Both the position numbers and the translations under genes were made by a program. DNA of 54,925 nt, filler included, from Sphacelaria rigidula (taxonomy: Eukaryota): NCBI GenBank assembly GCA_964200075.2. It is 6 parts of 6 records of this genome, joined end to end, with 100 filler letters (N's around TTAATTAATTAA, not from the genome) between each part and the next. Parts side by side here need not be neighbours in the genome. Positions count along the whole stretch, not along the records: positions 9,173 to 18,243 come from CAXNAA020009372.1; positions 18,344 to 27,414 come from CAXNAA020009373.1; 4 more parts are not named here. One strand, given 5' to 3'. Position 1 is the stretch's first letter, and each line of letters starts with the position of its first letter. The notes beneath the pieces are model-generated. The model did not search any database. It had not been told where the DNA came from and saw only the letters and a list, made by a program, of their open reading frames with translations. Of this stretch, positions 12,095-25,400 are shown in pieces.

Positions 12095-15000
12095 ATGGCT
12101 CAAGCGGCGGCAGCGCCGCTGGTGTTAGGTGAGTCGCTAGACCCGCCAAAGTATGGCGAGATGTGGACCGAGGAAGCATCAAGAGATTTTTACGCCGCAT
12201 ATCTCGACTACATGAAGCGTTTGTACCTTGCAAATGCACAAGGAGTCGTAGGCATGCTAGGGTGGGCAAAGGGGAACTTATCCCTACGTACATTCACCGG
12301 TGCTTCGAAGGCATGTACAAGGACCGTCGTGCTATGAACCCCGACGAATTGCTAGATGCTGTGGAGCAGCATGCCGGGTACACCACAACCGGTGGTGAAC
12401 ATAATACTGCGCGGGCTGCAGCAGACCTGCGTAGAGTGCTTACAATGCAGCAAAGCGGTGGAACATTCGTCAAGGATAGAGCGATTATGGTCAACTCATC
12501 GATGGTAAAGGTTTTCGCTGAAAACCTCACGGTTCAAGTCATGTACCGCGCGGAGGACAGGAGCTGGTTGCCAGACCCGGCCGAGTCGGTTTCCACAGCT
12601 TTGGAGAACGGGATTTCGCCTCAGAAATTCAAGGCGTATGTTAGAAGCGTACTAACGGATATAGACGGATGGGAAAGAATCCGACGGTGGTGTTCAACAA
12701 AATATTTGATGCCGCCGACCACTGGGTTCATTGAGGCGCATGGCCGGCGCGATTCTGCGGCAAGTGCAGGTGGTGCACGCTGCAAACAACGACAGCAACA
12801 GAAACAGCAGCCGTCTTTGCGAACGTGGTCCACTCGCGCGTGTTATAACTGCGACGACAACGGTCGCCTGATTGAGGACTGCCCCAAGCCTCGCGCTCAA
12901 GGCGCTGGTCAGAGCAATGCGCGAGATTCATCAGGATCTCGAGGCAGACGTAACGGTGGACGGGGCCGTGCCAACCATGGACGCGGGCGCGGCGGCCACG
13001 GTAGCAAGCAATCGGCGGCGGATGGTGGTCCCTCCGCTGTTGTTTCTTCCACTACGTCATCAGGTGGTGACTTTGGATCTTCTAGTTCGTTCGTGTCAGG
13101 GCGCACAGGGTACGTGGGAAATGCAAATACTTCGATGGGGAGTGCTGCAGCGAATAGTTCGCAACCCCTCGGCCAGGCAGGATCCGTGTCTGGTGCATCT
13201 CCTACTTCTGCGACGGCTGTAACAGCGCCGTCTGCATATTCGGCGACGTGGTCTGGGTGGACCGCCGATTCTCAATTATCGATGTCAAGTGCTGAAGCGC
13301 AACCCTGGTGTCAGGTGACTCTTGGTACCGACCAGGATTCTTCGGCAGGTGTAGTACCTGTCTATTGCACCGCAGAATGTTCACGCGCAGATATTTCCTT
13401 GTCTAGTTCCGTAGGTTCGTTCATGGCTCGCGTTGCTCTGAATTCTGGGTCCGCGCTCACATCGATTGGTGTGGGATTGCTGGAACAAATGTCTTCGCAG
13501 TTTGGCGGCGCTCAGCTGCAGATTTCGTTCGAAAATGGACCGCAAACGGCACAGATCACCACGGGTGCTCCCGTGACGGTTACACATAAAACGGTGCCGA
13601 TTGCTATTAGCGTGCGTACGCCGTGGGGAGCTGTGGAGTTCCAGCCCATCACTTTCGCTGTCATACCCCGCAGGGACAACGTGGTTCTGTTTGGGATGGC
13701 GACGATGGAGGAGCTCGGGATTGATTTGTACCCGCTGGTGTTGGAGAAGTTACACCCGCGTGCGGTGCCGGTGTAAACCGGCGTGAAAAACCCCATCTAT
13801 CTTGCTGCGAGGCGTGTGGTCGTATTCACACGATTGTTCCAAAGATCCAATGAGGAGGAGGCTCGTGCGGATAAAGCGGTGGAGCGCTTGGTCGATCGAG
13901 GGCCCGAAACGTCCATGGACCCAGCGGAGGAGAGAGGTGCCAGAGAACGTGCGCTAGAGGATAGAGTGCAGCAGGCCGAGCAGAAGGGCCTGAGCGCCGA
14001 TGGTATCGTCTGCGTGATATTTTGGCTCGTCGCGTGGATACGTTTTGTTGTGCGCTGCGTGGTGATCCGCCAGCGCGCGTGGAGCCAATGGGGGTGCAGC
14101 TCAAGCCACAGACGAAGGCTGTGAAGGCTAAGCCTTGCCGTTACGATCCGGTGAAGACCGGGTGGCTTGCCTCATTCATCGCAGCTTTGGTGGCGTTTGG
14201 TTTGTTCGTTAGAAACATTGAGGCTATGTGGGCGAGTCCGGCGATGGCGGTGCCGAAGCGGGACACATTCCCTTTGGTCAGCGAATACCAGGCAGTGAAT
14301 GCGCAGATGGAAGAGTCTCCGGGGGTGATGCGAAGCCAAGAAGACATGCGGGAGTTGCTGGTAGCCCAATGCTTCGAAAAGTTGGACCTGCTACAGGGGT
14401 GTTGGCAGATGCCTCTGGCGCCGGAGGCTCAGGAGATCTCTACGATCGTCACGCCTGACGGTTTGTTCACGCCTACTCGTGTCCCCCAGGGAGTGTTGAA
14501 CGCCACGGCGTATTTCTAAGGTGTGCTGACTGGTATTTTGCGTGGTCTAAACTGTAAAGTGTGGGTAGATGATGTTTTCTATTACGCTAAAACCGAAGAA
14601 GCAATGTTAGCTTTGCTTGACAAAATCCGTGGCCACTTGGAGAGTGTTGGTCTCTTCCTCGCTGCGCATGAGTGCTTTTTTTTTGCCCGCGAAGTGGTTT
14701 GGTGTGGTGAGGTGTGCTCCAAGGGTACTGTTTCGCATGATCCCGTCCGCATCGAAGGTTTGAGCAATGTGCGACGTCTTCAAACCACTAGTGAGCTGAT
14801 GCAGTTTTTGCAGGCGGTGAATTGGTTGCGGACTTCGCTCCCGCGCATGGTGGAAGTCACTGCGCCACTTCGTGTATTTTTGGAACAACTTATGGTCAGG
14901 GCTTAACGTCGGACCAAGCGGGTGGCGCGTAATCGTATCATCCCGGAGGACGCTTAGACGGAGGATCGTGTGCGGGCATGACGTGCTGCGCAAGATTTGG

Positions 15001-17056
15001 TGGAGCTAGCGATGCCGCTGTATCATCCTCGTCCAGGGTGCGTTGTTCTGATGTTCTTAGATGCTTCGGATTTTCCCTCGGGTAGTTTTTTACGCAAGTG
15101 CTTGTCGCAGAGTTTAGTAGTGGCATTGCGCTCGAAAACATGTCACACGAACCGCTGTCTTTTCTGAGTGGTAGCCTCAAGGGTTCACAGTTGCGGTGGG
15201 CGACAGTGGACAAAGAAGGTTTCGCGATAGTCAATACATTTCGAAGGCTAGAGTACTTGCTTTGCTTTGGGGTGGTGGTTGTATTTTCACCGATATTCAC
15301 AATCTAACATGCATTTTTAACCCCGGGTGACGAAGGCCATGGCGCAACGGCTTGAAAATTGGAAAGGAGTGCTCGGCCAATATCGGTATGCCATTGAACA
15401 CTTCTGGACAGCGCAATTGTTGGGAAGATTTGTTGTCTCGCTGGGTGACGGGTCGTAACATGCCTGTTCGTTCTGTTGCCGTGTACAGCCCATGTGATGC
15501 CGATGATTCGCTGCCCTTGTTAGATGTCATTCGTACCGCGCAGCGCAAAACAGTCGGCGAAGGTGTTCATTCTTTTTCTACGACTTTCGGTCAAGCTGCC
15601 TTGACTGACGATGGTTTGTTTCCCGTGCGTGTTGGCAGAAGTGATGTTTTGTGGATTCCGTCGGATGATAAGGCTCTACAAACTCGCTTGATGGTGTGCT
15701 CACATGCGGTCGGCTAGTCACCGTGGTGTGGCGCCGACTCTGTTTCGTTTGAAAAAATACTGTGTGTGGCCTCACGTGAATTCTCACGTCCGCGAGTTCG
15801 TTCGCTAGTGTTCGCATTGTGTAGACACTCGTGCTGGTGCGATTGTATCTCGTCCGTATGGCGATACTGTGTATGGCACCGCGCCAGGTGAAGTTGCTCA
15901 CTTTGGTTTTCTGTACGTCGGAAGTAGCGGACCTGAAGGTGCTAATGCTTTGCCTGATGAAGATGGTTTTCGGTATGTTCTGGTCATCATGGATGATTTG
16001 TCCAATTTCGTTTGGTTGGTGTCGACCGAGGTTTGCACCGCCGAGGTTACGGCTAAGCATTTGATGCATTGGTGCAAGGCTTTGGGCGTGCCGCGTGTGT
16101 GGGTTAGTGATACCGCCACGCATCTCAAGAATCGAGTAATGGCGCAGCTGAGCGATGCGCTCAAGGTACAAAACCAATTCGCTGTTGCGTATGCCCGTTG
16201 GTCGAATGGTGCTTGTGAACGCATGGTCAAAGAGGTTGTTCGTGCGCTGCGATTCATTTTGTCGGAACAAAGACGGCCGGTGTTTTGAATGGGTTGATAT
16301 TCTGCCAGCCGCTCAGTGGGCGTTTGATACTTCTCTTCGTGAACGCTACCGTAACACTCCGTATTGCGTGGTGTTTGGGCGTGCGCCGCGTACAGCGTTT
16401 TTCGCGCTGGCTTCTGTCACTGGCGGCAAGTGGAAAGTCGATGTCATGGATGTTGATACGTTGCGTGACAAGGTTCGAGGCGTGGTTGACGAGCAAGTGC
16501 GGTTTTGTAACGAAGTGGAAGCTGCTATTGCGGTTTCTCGCGAAATCAAACGAAAACTTGCTCTGGGCCAGGCTGTGTTACCCAAGTTTGCAGTTGGAGA
16601 TTTTGTCTTGTATGCCAGTGTTCGTAGGCAAGGTGTGACGCCCAAATTGACGTCCACAACGACAGGTCCGTGGCGAGTGGTCGGAGCCGATCACGCTCAC
16701 GTGTATTCGGTGCAGAACATTGTTTCTGGCGCCGTACACTCAGCCCATGTCGCCCGTTTGCGTTTCTATGCTGACTCGCAGTTGCACATCACTGCGGAAC
16801 TAAAATATGTATTTCAGCATTTGTATGCTCAAGGTGAATGTCGGATAAATGCTTTGGTACACGTCGCTGAGGATGACAATCGTGATGTCATTGTTTTGGT
16901 GATTGGGATGGGTTCGGTGCTGAAGAACGTACGTGGGAGTCTTTTCGCAAGATTCATTCTTCTGCGCCTGAATTTGTTTTGAAGGAGCTGCGTAAACTGC
17001 GGTTGACTCGGGCGCTGACAAGTAAATTAGCGTCGGAGTATGGTATTTCTTTGTGA
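12095..17056 (+). pseudogene. gag-pol polyprotein pseudogene (multiple stops and frameshifts)
   Basis: Zn knuckle CYNCDDNGRLIEDC (H to R). Protease ALNSGS (D to N). RT motifs LDLLQGCWQ, RVPQGVLNA, WVDD. RNase H DAS...QLRWATVDKEGFAIV. Integrase YVLVIMDDLS, GVPRVWVSD, SNGACER, GPWRV. Chromodomain DWDGFGAEERTWES, ending at TGA 17056. Confidence 0.92.
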
Positions 17057-17133
17057 TTGGCGCATGCGATTTCGCCTTGGTTTTTGTTGGTTGTCGAGCT
17101 CGTTCGTTTGTCTTGAACTCGCTTCGAGTGTGC

Positions 17134-17395
17134 TGCAGCCAAATGATATCAAGCCGTAGGGTTCCTTCTGTATAACCGCATCCATGATTGGAGCAGTGGC
17201 AGGGGACAGGGGATCCTGGATTGATGGCCCTTTTCTGTGTGGCCCCTTGCTGTCTGGCTCGTGATGTGATCTGTTGAGGATCACTCCGAGATAATAACAA
17301 GTTAGAATAAAGGACTTGTCGAGCACGAGGCCAGTGATACTGGAGGAGTCCCTCGTTGAAAGTCCTGTTGTCAAGATCGTCTGGCAGAGGCTACA
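17134..17395 (+). repeat. 3' LTR (262 bp)
   Basis: Direct repeat of the 5' LTR. Contains AATAAA near 17306. Confidence 0.95.
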
Positions 17396-18123
17396 GTACC
17401 AAGAAACGGAAACGTGGATCAGCACAATGAAGCCAGTGCATTTTTTCGCGTATGAACCGATTTCAGCGCTACGGCTGTGTAGGGCGAAGTGTTGGCCTAC
17501 GCACAGTTATTCGTGGAAGAGCGAGTCTAGGCACTAGACACACAACCCAACCCAAGAGAATGAAGAGCACATAGATACAAGTGAGAAGGTCCGGAACAGC
17601 GAGCCATGACCGCAGACGTACATGGACCACACGAAGGCGAGTGGGCACTATTTGAGAAATCCTGCACAATCATGAAACCAGCTCACCAGGAGAAGTAAAT
17701 GCATAGATATGGCAATCAGCTATTATCGTGAAAGGGGCATGACGCGAGCTCTGGTTAAAACACGTAGTCCCCGTGGTCGAAGGCATGTGTGGGACATTTC
17801 AGTAGTAAGAGCTACATGCATTTTTCTGGAATGCACCCAGATAGCGATGTCACTTTTGAAGTTTCAGGGGGTATACGTGGCTCCTAATACAATCAGAGCG
17901 TCGTATTCGTGTGAGCACGATGCCCGCGCGCCACGCCGCAAAAACATGGTGTAATATCAAACGAAGACACACATTTGTGTGACCAACCACTGGTAAGAAC
18001 TACCCATGCGCTATCATCTACTGTCGTGGCATAACATGATGATCACATCTACAAGGGACTGAAAGTCACGAGTGTTTTGACCGACATAAATGTATCGCCA
18101 ACCTTACATTTTTATCGAAGCTA

Positions 18124-18243
18124 CAGTAGTGGGCAGTCTAACTACTCAGGGGTGTTTTGGGGTTTTCCTCGCGTGCTACCCGAGGGATTGCGGCTTCGCC
18201 GTCCACCCGCCAGGTTTGAAAGAAGGACAGCATAGTTTTTGAG
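18124..18243. mobile_element. End of a Tc1/mariner-type MITE (same family as 41362-41915), cut by the contig end
   Basis: TA|CAGTAGTGGGCAGTCTAAC...GGGGTGTTTTGG matches the reverse complement of the right end of 41362-41915. Confidence 0.75.
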
Positions 18244-18343
18244 NNNNNNNNNNNNNNNNNNNNNNNNNNNNNNNNNNNNNNNNNNNNTTAATTAATTAAN
18301 NNNNNNNNNNNNNNNNNNNNNNNNNNNNNNNNNNNNNNNNNNN
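18244..18343. other. Artificial contig linker 2
   Basis: 44 N + TTAATTAATTAA + 44 N. Confidence 0.99.
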
Positions 18344-18402
18344 TTTCTCTGTCTTGTGTGTGTGAGGTGGGCGCCTCCGCGCACTCTGTCTCATTGGTAT
18401 AA

Positions 18403-18448
<46 letters not shown>

Positions 18449-19443
18449 ACTGTATTACTCGTGGGGAGGGGCGAAATATGTCAGAAGTCAGCAGTCAGTA
18501 GACATCATCTTATCGCTTTTTTAGACCTTTGAGAAGATGTGCACATTATTGACACTGTGCAGTGCTTTCCACAGGGACGCGAATTTTGTCCTTGGCATTT
18601 CTGTACCCGAGAACTTGAAAAGCAGCAGGGAAAGCAATAGATACGATATTTAAGGCTGTCCACTTTCGTCCATGAACCTTCTTGGAGGGCTCCCGTTACG
18701 GAGTTGTTTCGAAATAAACCCGCGCGATTGTTCATCGTCATCCTTCCCCCCAGGTCGTCTGCACGGTTGTGTTTCATTACTTCTTCATTCTCCCTCTTGC
18801 CTCTGCCGTCGTTGCAGACTCTTATCAAACACGGTTTCTGAACACCCCATGTCAACATTACGGAAGATTATCCCCAAGTCCTGACCCGCAGTCCATGAAA
18901 CTAATGTTTTCGTTGTGAAGGCATGCATCTCTTGACGTGTATGCCACGATGGTCATCGAACCTGACCTAGTTACAGCCAAACACCCCCCAAAATATCATA
19001 TGTGATAAAGCATAGCCCCCACCCCCCCAACCCTCTCCCCCCCTAGCCCCGGATTGTGGTCAGGTTTTCAACCCTCATTTTCGCGGCAAGCGCAGCGTTC
19101 ACGCCTCGAAATAGCCAATCACTGAAAGCATCTCGTCGTTCGACAAACCGGGTATTGTGGAAGTACAGGTCGCTTCTTCCGGACTAAAATTAAGTTTGAA
19201 AAGCTAACTCGCGGGAGTGGAAATTTTCCCGTCACCTTTGGTATTGTCATCGGGGGCTCAGCTCTTGTTTCTGGTACATTCATCGGATCGCGGGCCACTC
19301 CCCCCTCTCCTCCGTCTGTCTGTCTGCCTGTCTGCCTGTCTCCATCACACACCCACGCTGTGCACGGCTCTTTTTTTACTTTGTCGTTGTTGCTTTTGTT
19401 GTCCTTCTCTCACTTGTTTTCGTCGCTTGTGGTGGCGCGGCAG

Positions 19444-22400
19444 CTGCTGGGCTTCCAAGATGTCTTTACGCCCGTTGTGCACGGCACGCGATCTCCGATG
19501 TTTGGCCACTCGGCTTCGTTCCCCGTGTCCACCGACGACAAGCTGCTACGTTTCCTCGCGAGGTGAGGAAGTTCTTGTAGCTGCGAGGCAGAGAGAGCGG
19601 GTGGGGGTGTTGAGAAGGAACGAGAAACGAGCCAGTGTCAGGAAAAGCTGAGCGCATAACTTCCGCAGAATTGGTATTTTTGCCGGTGTATTCTTGGATC
19701 CATGTTCTTAGTTTTATAAATGTTGACACAGTAAACACCCCCTCTTTTCCCCCTGTGTACTCATGATTATGACATAAGCATAATCAAGAGTACACCCCAT
19801 CTTCCCCCTACCTCTCTGCGTGGCCGATGGTCAAATGACTCAGGCAAGCAACAAATGAGTACGCCCCCCCCTCCCTCGCTCCTTTATGCGTGCATGCCCC
19901 AGACACCGTTTGACTGTCACCATTATGGATGACCAGGCCAACAACGATGGGACCGATTCGTGTGCTTCGGGTAACGGTGGGGACGATGAAGGGGAGGTAA
20001 GTCCGCTATTCACCAACGGATAGACTATCCGATATAGATGAATAACGCGTGTGTTCTGGCTCGTTTGTTTTTCTACAAACAGTTTGGTATTCTTTCATGC
20101 GTCATAACTGTATCTCCTATTTACTTCTCGGCGCTTGTTCTTGTGTCGGCCTAAAAATGATATAACCGTCAAAAACACCGGGAAATGTCGAAACCGGCAA
20201 GTCTGTACAAGTTGAGTGATGAATGACAATTAGGTCGTGTTCGTTGCCGTTATTATCCATTTAAAAAAATGGCACAAACAAGCAACGGGCATTACTCCAG
20301 TACGACTAGCTGGCATGGGGAATCATTTGTCCCACACGTTTTGCTTCCTTAGTCATGTATATATATCGAGATTATTTCTTCTTTTAACACATCCAAACGG
20401 ATTTCCTGCCAAGCTCTTGTCGGCGTTATTCCGTCTCATTCTGTCTGCTCTGCGAAGCAGTGTCGTTTCGACGTTTCACGCACAACAAACGTTCCGTATA
20501 TGTCTTCGTACAATTACACTGTAGAAGGAGAATTTTCTTCCTCTCTCCCTCCCTCGCTCTCCCTCGCTCTCTCTCTCTCTCTTTCTGTACACCTCTGTCG
20601 GCATCGTCATCTTCCACACCGCTCCCTCCCTTCTTGGACGACGTTGGGTATCCTGCCAGCCGCGTCCGGTCGAGATGAAACATCGGAATCGAATTCGTCT
20701 GCACGCACTTTAGTCGGGATTCTCGCACGAAGTTCACGTCATTATGTGAATCTCGAAATTACTATCTGTACGCATGGGTGCTATCTTGACTGATCCCCCC
20801 CTTGCAATGCATCCACACCGATCCCTACCGGTCTCCCCGCGCGAATCGCGAAACGCAGGGCTTGATCGGAGAGGCTATGGTGGACCTATCCCCGCTCGCT
20901 GATGGACGGCCGGTGATCGGCCAGTGGGTTGCGGTGGAAGATGCGACGGGCAGAGCAGCGGGTCACATTTCTGTGTCCGCCAGATGGGCGATGCCGCTGC
21001 GGACGGGCGGCGACCCGGGCCCTCATGGGCTGTCCGCGGAAGAAGTGGAAGGGCTCATGGCTAGGTTTTCTCCTGAAAAAGACGGGCAGGTTTGTAGATG
21101 AGATGTCTACATGTTACAACGTATACTCGGAAAGCCATTATGTGTGTGTGTGTGTGTGTTTTTTTTTTTCTTTCTGGAGGGGTTCACCTACTACTACCGC
21201 CACTATGTTGGAGTAGTCAAGGCCTTCGTGGGTTTGGCCCATTGGTATAGTCGACCTCCAGAGGTGGACCGGCAATGGGTATGGATATATTGAGTTAGGC
21301 AGGTGTTTTTCGGTACAGCATACGTTGGTTTTTCTGGATATGGCATTGGGATATTTTGCAAGTATGCTTCGGGACGTGCAGTCGACGCAATTGGCACCAA
21401 TGGTTTGATGACACAATAGTTTCATGAAAATAATTTCAATTTTGCCTAATGATACATCTTTCGTGTCACACAGCGGGTTCGGCAATACTATTGTGAAGTG
21501 ATTTCAGTTTTGCCTCGTGGTACCCCCTTTTGTTTCGACTTTGTCTGCCGAAATAAAACGGCCGTACCACAATATCAGACGTGGTGTACATTTTTTTGTT
21601 TTGCGAAAAAAAGCAACATAACAAAGTTATCACGAAGCCTATGGTGTTCCTGAGAATATTGTTCGGTAAGTCCACACGACGAATGCACAAAAAGACAGTG
21701 TATTTTAGCTTGATCGAGAATTTTCTGGCGTACGCGAAACAATATCAAAAGGTGAACTACGTGGCGTTTCTTCGGGAGAGTGATCCCCCCCCCGCCGTGC
21801 TTGCGGCGCTGAGCGAGACGCACAAGTTTCTTGCCGTGGCGGCGCAGAAGGATGGTCTGTGCGCTACGGAGGCCCTGGGCGCCGTCCTTGGTGTTGAAGG
21901 TATACTTGGGGAACGCTGATATGAATGACAGCATCCACTTGCCGTGCGCCTGCCTGGTAAAAATCAACATGGCTAGGTCATTCAACATGCAAGTCCCGGG
22001 CATACATACGACTGTAGATCAGATCGCCGTCCATAGATCGAGTATATATTTTATAAAAGTTGTGCAATGAGAGCCGAATTGCTCTGTCTGCAGTACTGTA
22101 CAGTACAAAGCTAAACGTTGTGTGTGTGTTGTCGTCCCATCTACTCGGTATTTGTGGGCGCATCAGCCCAGGTCACTCAGGAGGAAGGCCATCGCAGGAG
22201 TTTTGTTTTGTTTTGTTTTGTTTTAGTACTCCGCCTTCCTTCTGCGATGCTTGCCTTATTATGTTTTGCGAGAAGGGTTCAAAGGCCCCTTTCCCTCGTC
22301 GGCCGTAAATTCGAATTTTGCGTACCCACGACATGGTCGCTCTCGACTGTTGGGCATGTTGTGAAAAAAAATCTAGATCGTGTGACTGCACCGAGATTCA

Positions 22401-25400
22401 AACCCACGATCCAACCGTCAGGAGGTTTCGACTTTACCAACTGAGCCACCGGGGCAACCGGATATATTGGTGTATAGATTGATGCAGCGAAGAAATTGTC
22501 ATTTCTTTCCCTGTTCTGTCGGACCTGGTCACCCGTGTTTGATCAAAGGATGCTCCGGCATGGAATGCATCGAGAAACGGACCGATTAACATTATGAAAA
22601 TAACACCAAAGATATGGATACCAGACTTACGCTAGCCTGCCGGTGCGATGCGTGCTTGTCTTACCCGCTTTCGGATGATTTTCACGGCATACCACGTGTA
22701 TTCCAGACAGCAATCTCTTCCCATGTACTCGTCACCCTCTGTTTCATGGCACGTGTACAAGTGAGGCAAATGAGTGAGTCCATATTCTCAACATTCTAGC
22801 TCTGGCAGCTGTAGCACGTGGCCCTGAATTCACGGAACTCTCACCGCCTGTCCGTATCTTCCACAACAACTCGAGGGAAGCCGATGGACCGCAGCTTGGG
22901 CATCCAGGAACCATCGCGATAGCAGCCTGTTTTTACTGTTCACACGCTCGTGTCTCACCTAAAGTGCTATTTCATGAGTACTGCCGTAATCGTCACTACA
23001 GGGTGGGCTGACCGACCCACCATTTTTCATCAAGCTCGTAGCCCCCTCCACTCCCTCCTCCCCAACCGCATCCAACCCTCTGCGTTCTTGAAGCGAGCTT
23101 ACCGAAGGAAGCAGCATTCCATATCTCCATTTTTTTGCTCTTCTGGCCAAATACTCTGGTGCCGTTGAACACAACGTATATTGGACAGGAAGGGAAAGGG
23201 ACGACGCTACTGCCGTCGTTACAGAGGAGCAATTCGTCTCTTCTTTACTCTCCTCGGGCAGAGTCAATGCCTCGCCGGATGAGCTCGCCGCAGCGTTTTC
23301 CTACGCTGCCGGCGGGGGCGGCAGCGGCCGTTCTGGCGCCGACCGAGGGGTTGCTTTAGCGCATCTCGCAGCGTTCGCTGCTGATGGTGGTCCGGCGATT
23401 AACTATGCATCAGGTGAGCTGAATATTCGCACTGTAATAGAGCACGGAGGTAGGTGATTTTGCTCTTCAGGTAGTGCGTGTACGGTGAGAACGGCCCCTT
23501 TCGGTAGACGAGAAAGCGGTAAAAACATGAAGATATTTTCCAAGGCCAGGGTGCCAGAAACGGTGAAGAGCACCAATGGGGGAACAGTTCGGTGGGGGAT
23601 AGAGCTCGATGGACCAGGGCATCGTGATATTTCTGCGTATCGTCGCCGATTGCATTTCGTCATCAGCCGCGCTAAACGAACGTGCACGCACTCACACATA
23701 TACATACGCACGTTCGACTCCCTCATCTACTTGCCCCACTACCTGCGAATCTACCTCGCTGCACACTAGGCAATGACGATAACAGCAATAGCATTCTGAG
23801 CGGCTGGGCCAGTTGGATCGGCATAGATGTAGGTATCAACGGCACAGGAAAAGGTCGCGGTGGCCCCTACAACGCCAGTGGCTGCGCCGCGGCGCGGCGA
23901 GCCCTCCTTAAAGCCAGGGTAAAATGTCGAGACGCAGGGCTACTGGGAAGGTCATTCCCCGGGGAAGCGTTCTCCAAGCTAGATCCCGAGGGCGCCGGAC
24001 GCCTTTCAAGGCTCGCATTTAAGCGTGGTCTTCGGGAGATGGGCTTCGCTCTCGTGGACGAATCTCCGGAGGGCGATGGCTCTGGCGGTGGTAGATTGGT
24101 GCAGAGTAGTGTGATGAATAAACAGGTGAGGCACAGCGCACAACGTCAAACCGAATAGGCGGTACCCGCAAGCACAGCGACAAGTCTGATTCTACCAGAG
24201 ACGGGCTCACGGGGGAGTGATGCATGTTTCTCCTTGTTCCAAGCAGGTTGGCGTTGGGGCGGCGGGTAGTCGTGTGGGTGGAGGGGCCGTGGATGGGGGT
24301 AACCTGCTTGGGAACATAATGGCGGACGAGATTGGGATAGGTGGTGGGAGCGGTGTTATGCATGATCAGGACGAGATAAAGTTAAGAAGGGCAGAAGGAG
24401 AAGGTCAGGAGAAGGAGGAGGAGGAGGCGAAGAGGAGAGCGTTCAGGACAAAGGTGGAAGAGATTGAGCGGGCTGCCGCTGAAAAGGTAAACAAAGTCGG
24501 ACGTGTGGGGTGCATTTGTCGCTTGTCCCCAATAGCAAGTCGGGGACTATCGAGACTAACCATTCCGATTCTCTCTTTTACATATACACTGCGTATCTCT
24601 TCCCATCATAAAACAGTGCGTGGGGAATATTTATTGTTTGATTGTGTTGTTTGATTGTTGCGCACTAACTGACCCGCTGAACGCATCCAAGCGCCGCTTT
24701 CTATTCCCCGCCCCTGCGAGTGAAGGTTAACGCTGCCGCTTCTCTAGCTGGACCAAGCACGAAGCCATCATCAACACCTGGCGAAGACACAACCGGGGGC
24801 GGAATTGAGCCTCACGTGGCCAATCTTTGCGACAACAGTAACAAAAGCAACAGCAACGGCACCATCACGGATGGAGGAACCAGTCTCGGCGGCGCACTCG
24901 CGCACCCTATCCAAAGTACGGATCAACACCACCCAACCTCTGCGGTTTCGCGAGACACCGGCGCGCGGGGGTCAAGTGGCCTGGGCCGTGACGATGCTGC
25001 CACGTTGCTACAATCTAGGGTCCGAGGTTACAATGTCAGGCGCCACGTTGCTTGTACTAGCGGGGTGGGCGGGACAGCGGGCACAGACGGTGGCGTGGCG
25101 ATGGGGACAGCAGGGACTGCAGCGTACGATATGGCGGGATCGGGGACGGGATGTCCCGTGCTGGACTTGGAGGTGAGGGCGTATGACGGAGCGCCGACGA
25201 AATTTTGTGCATACACATACACAAACGTATACACCCATATATCTATCGTTTTTTTCGACGCGAAGACAATGAGGAAGTTCGTGCTATCGAAGAAAGGCAG
25301 TGTCGAACAAGTTCTTATACTCTTGTTGTATATTTGGTTTCCCGGGTAGTACCCGTGTGTCTCTGTACTCGCGTATACCCAGAATTTTCACGTTGGGACT

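Larger units (their letters stand above)
11644..17395 (+). mobile_element. Full-length degenerate Ty3/Gypsy LTR retrotransposon with integrase chromodomain (chromovirus type)
   Basis: LTRs at 11644-11900 and 17134-17395 with TGTAGCC...GGCTACA termini. A 4-bp TSD, GTAC, lies at 11640-11643 and 17396-17399. Domain order is gag-PR-RT-RNaseH-IN-chromo. Confidence 0.95.

Noticed and set aside
11628..12293. 221-aa antisense ORF over the 5' LTR and gag
   Set aside because: No recognisable domain; the corresponding frame differs in the 3' LTR because of an indel. Likely incidental.
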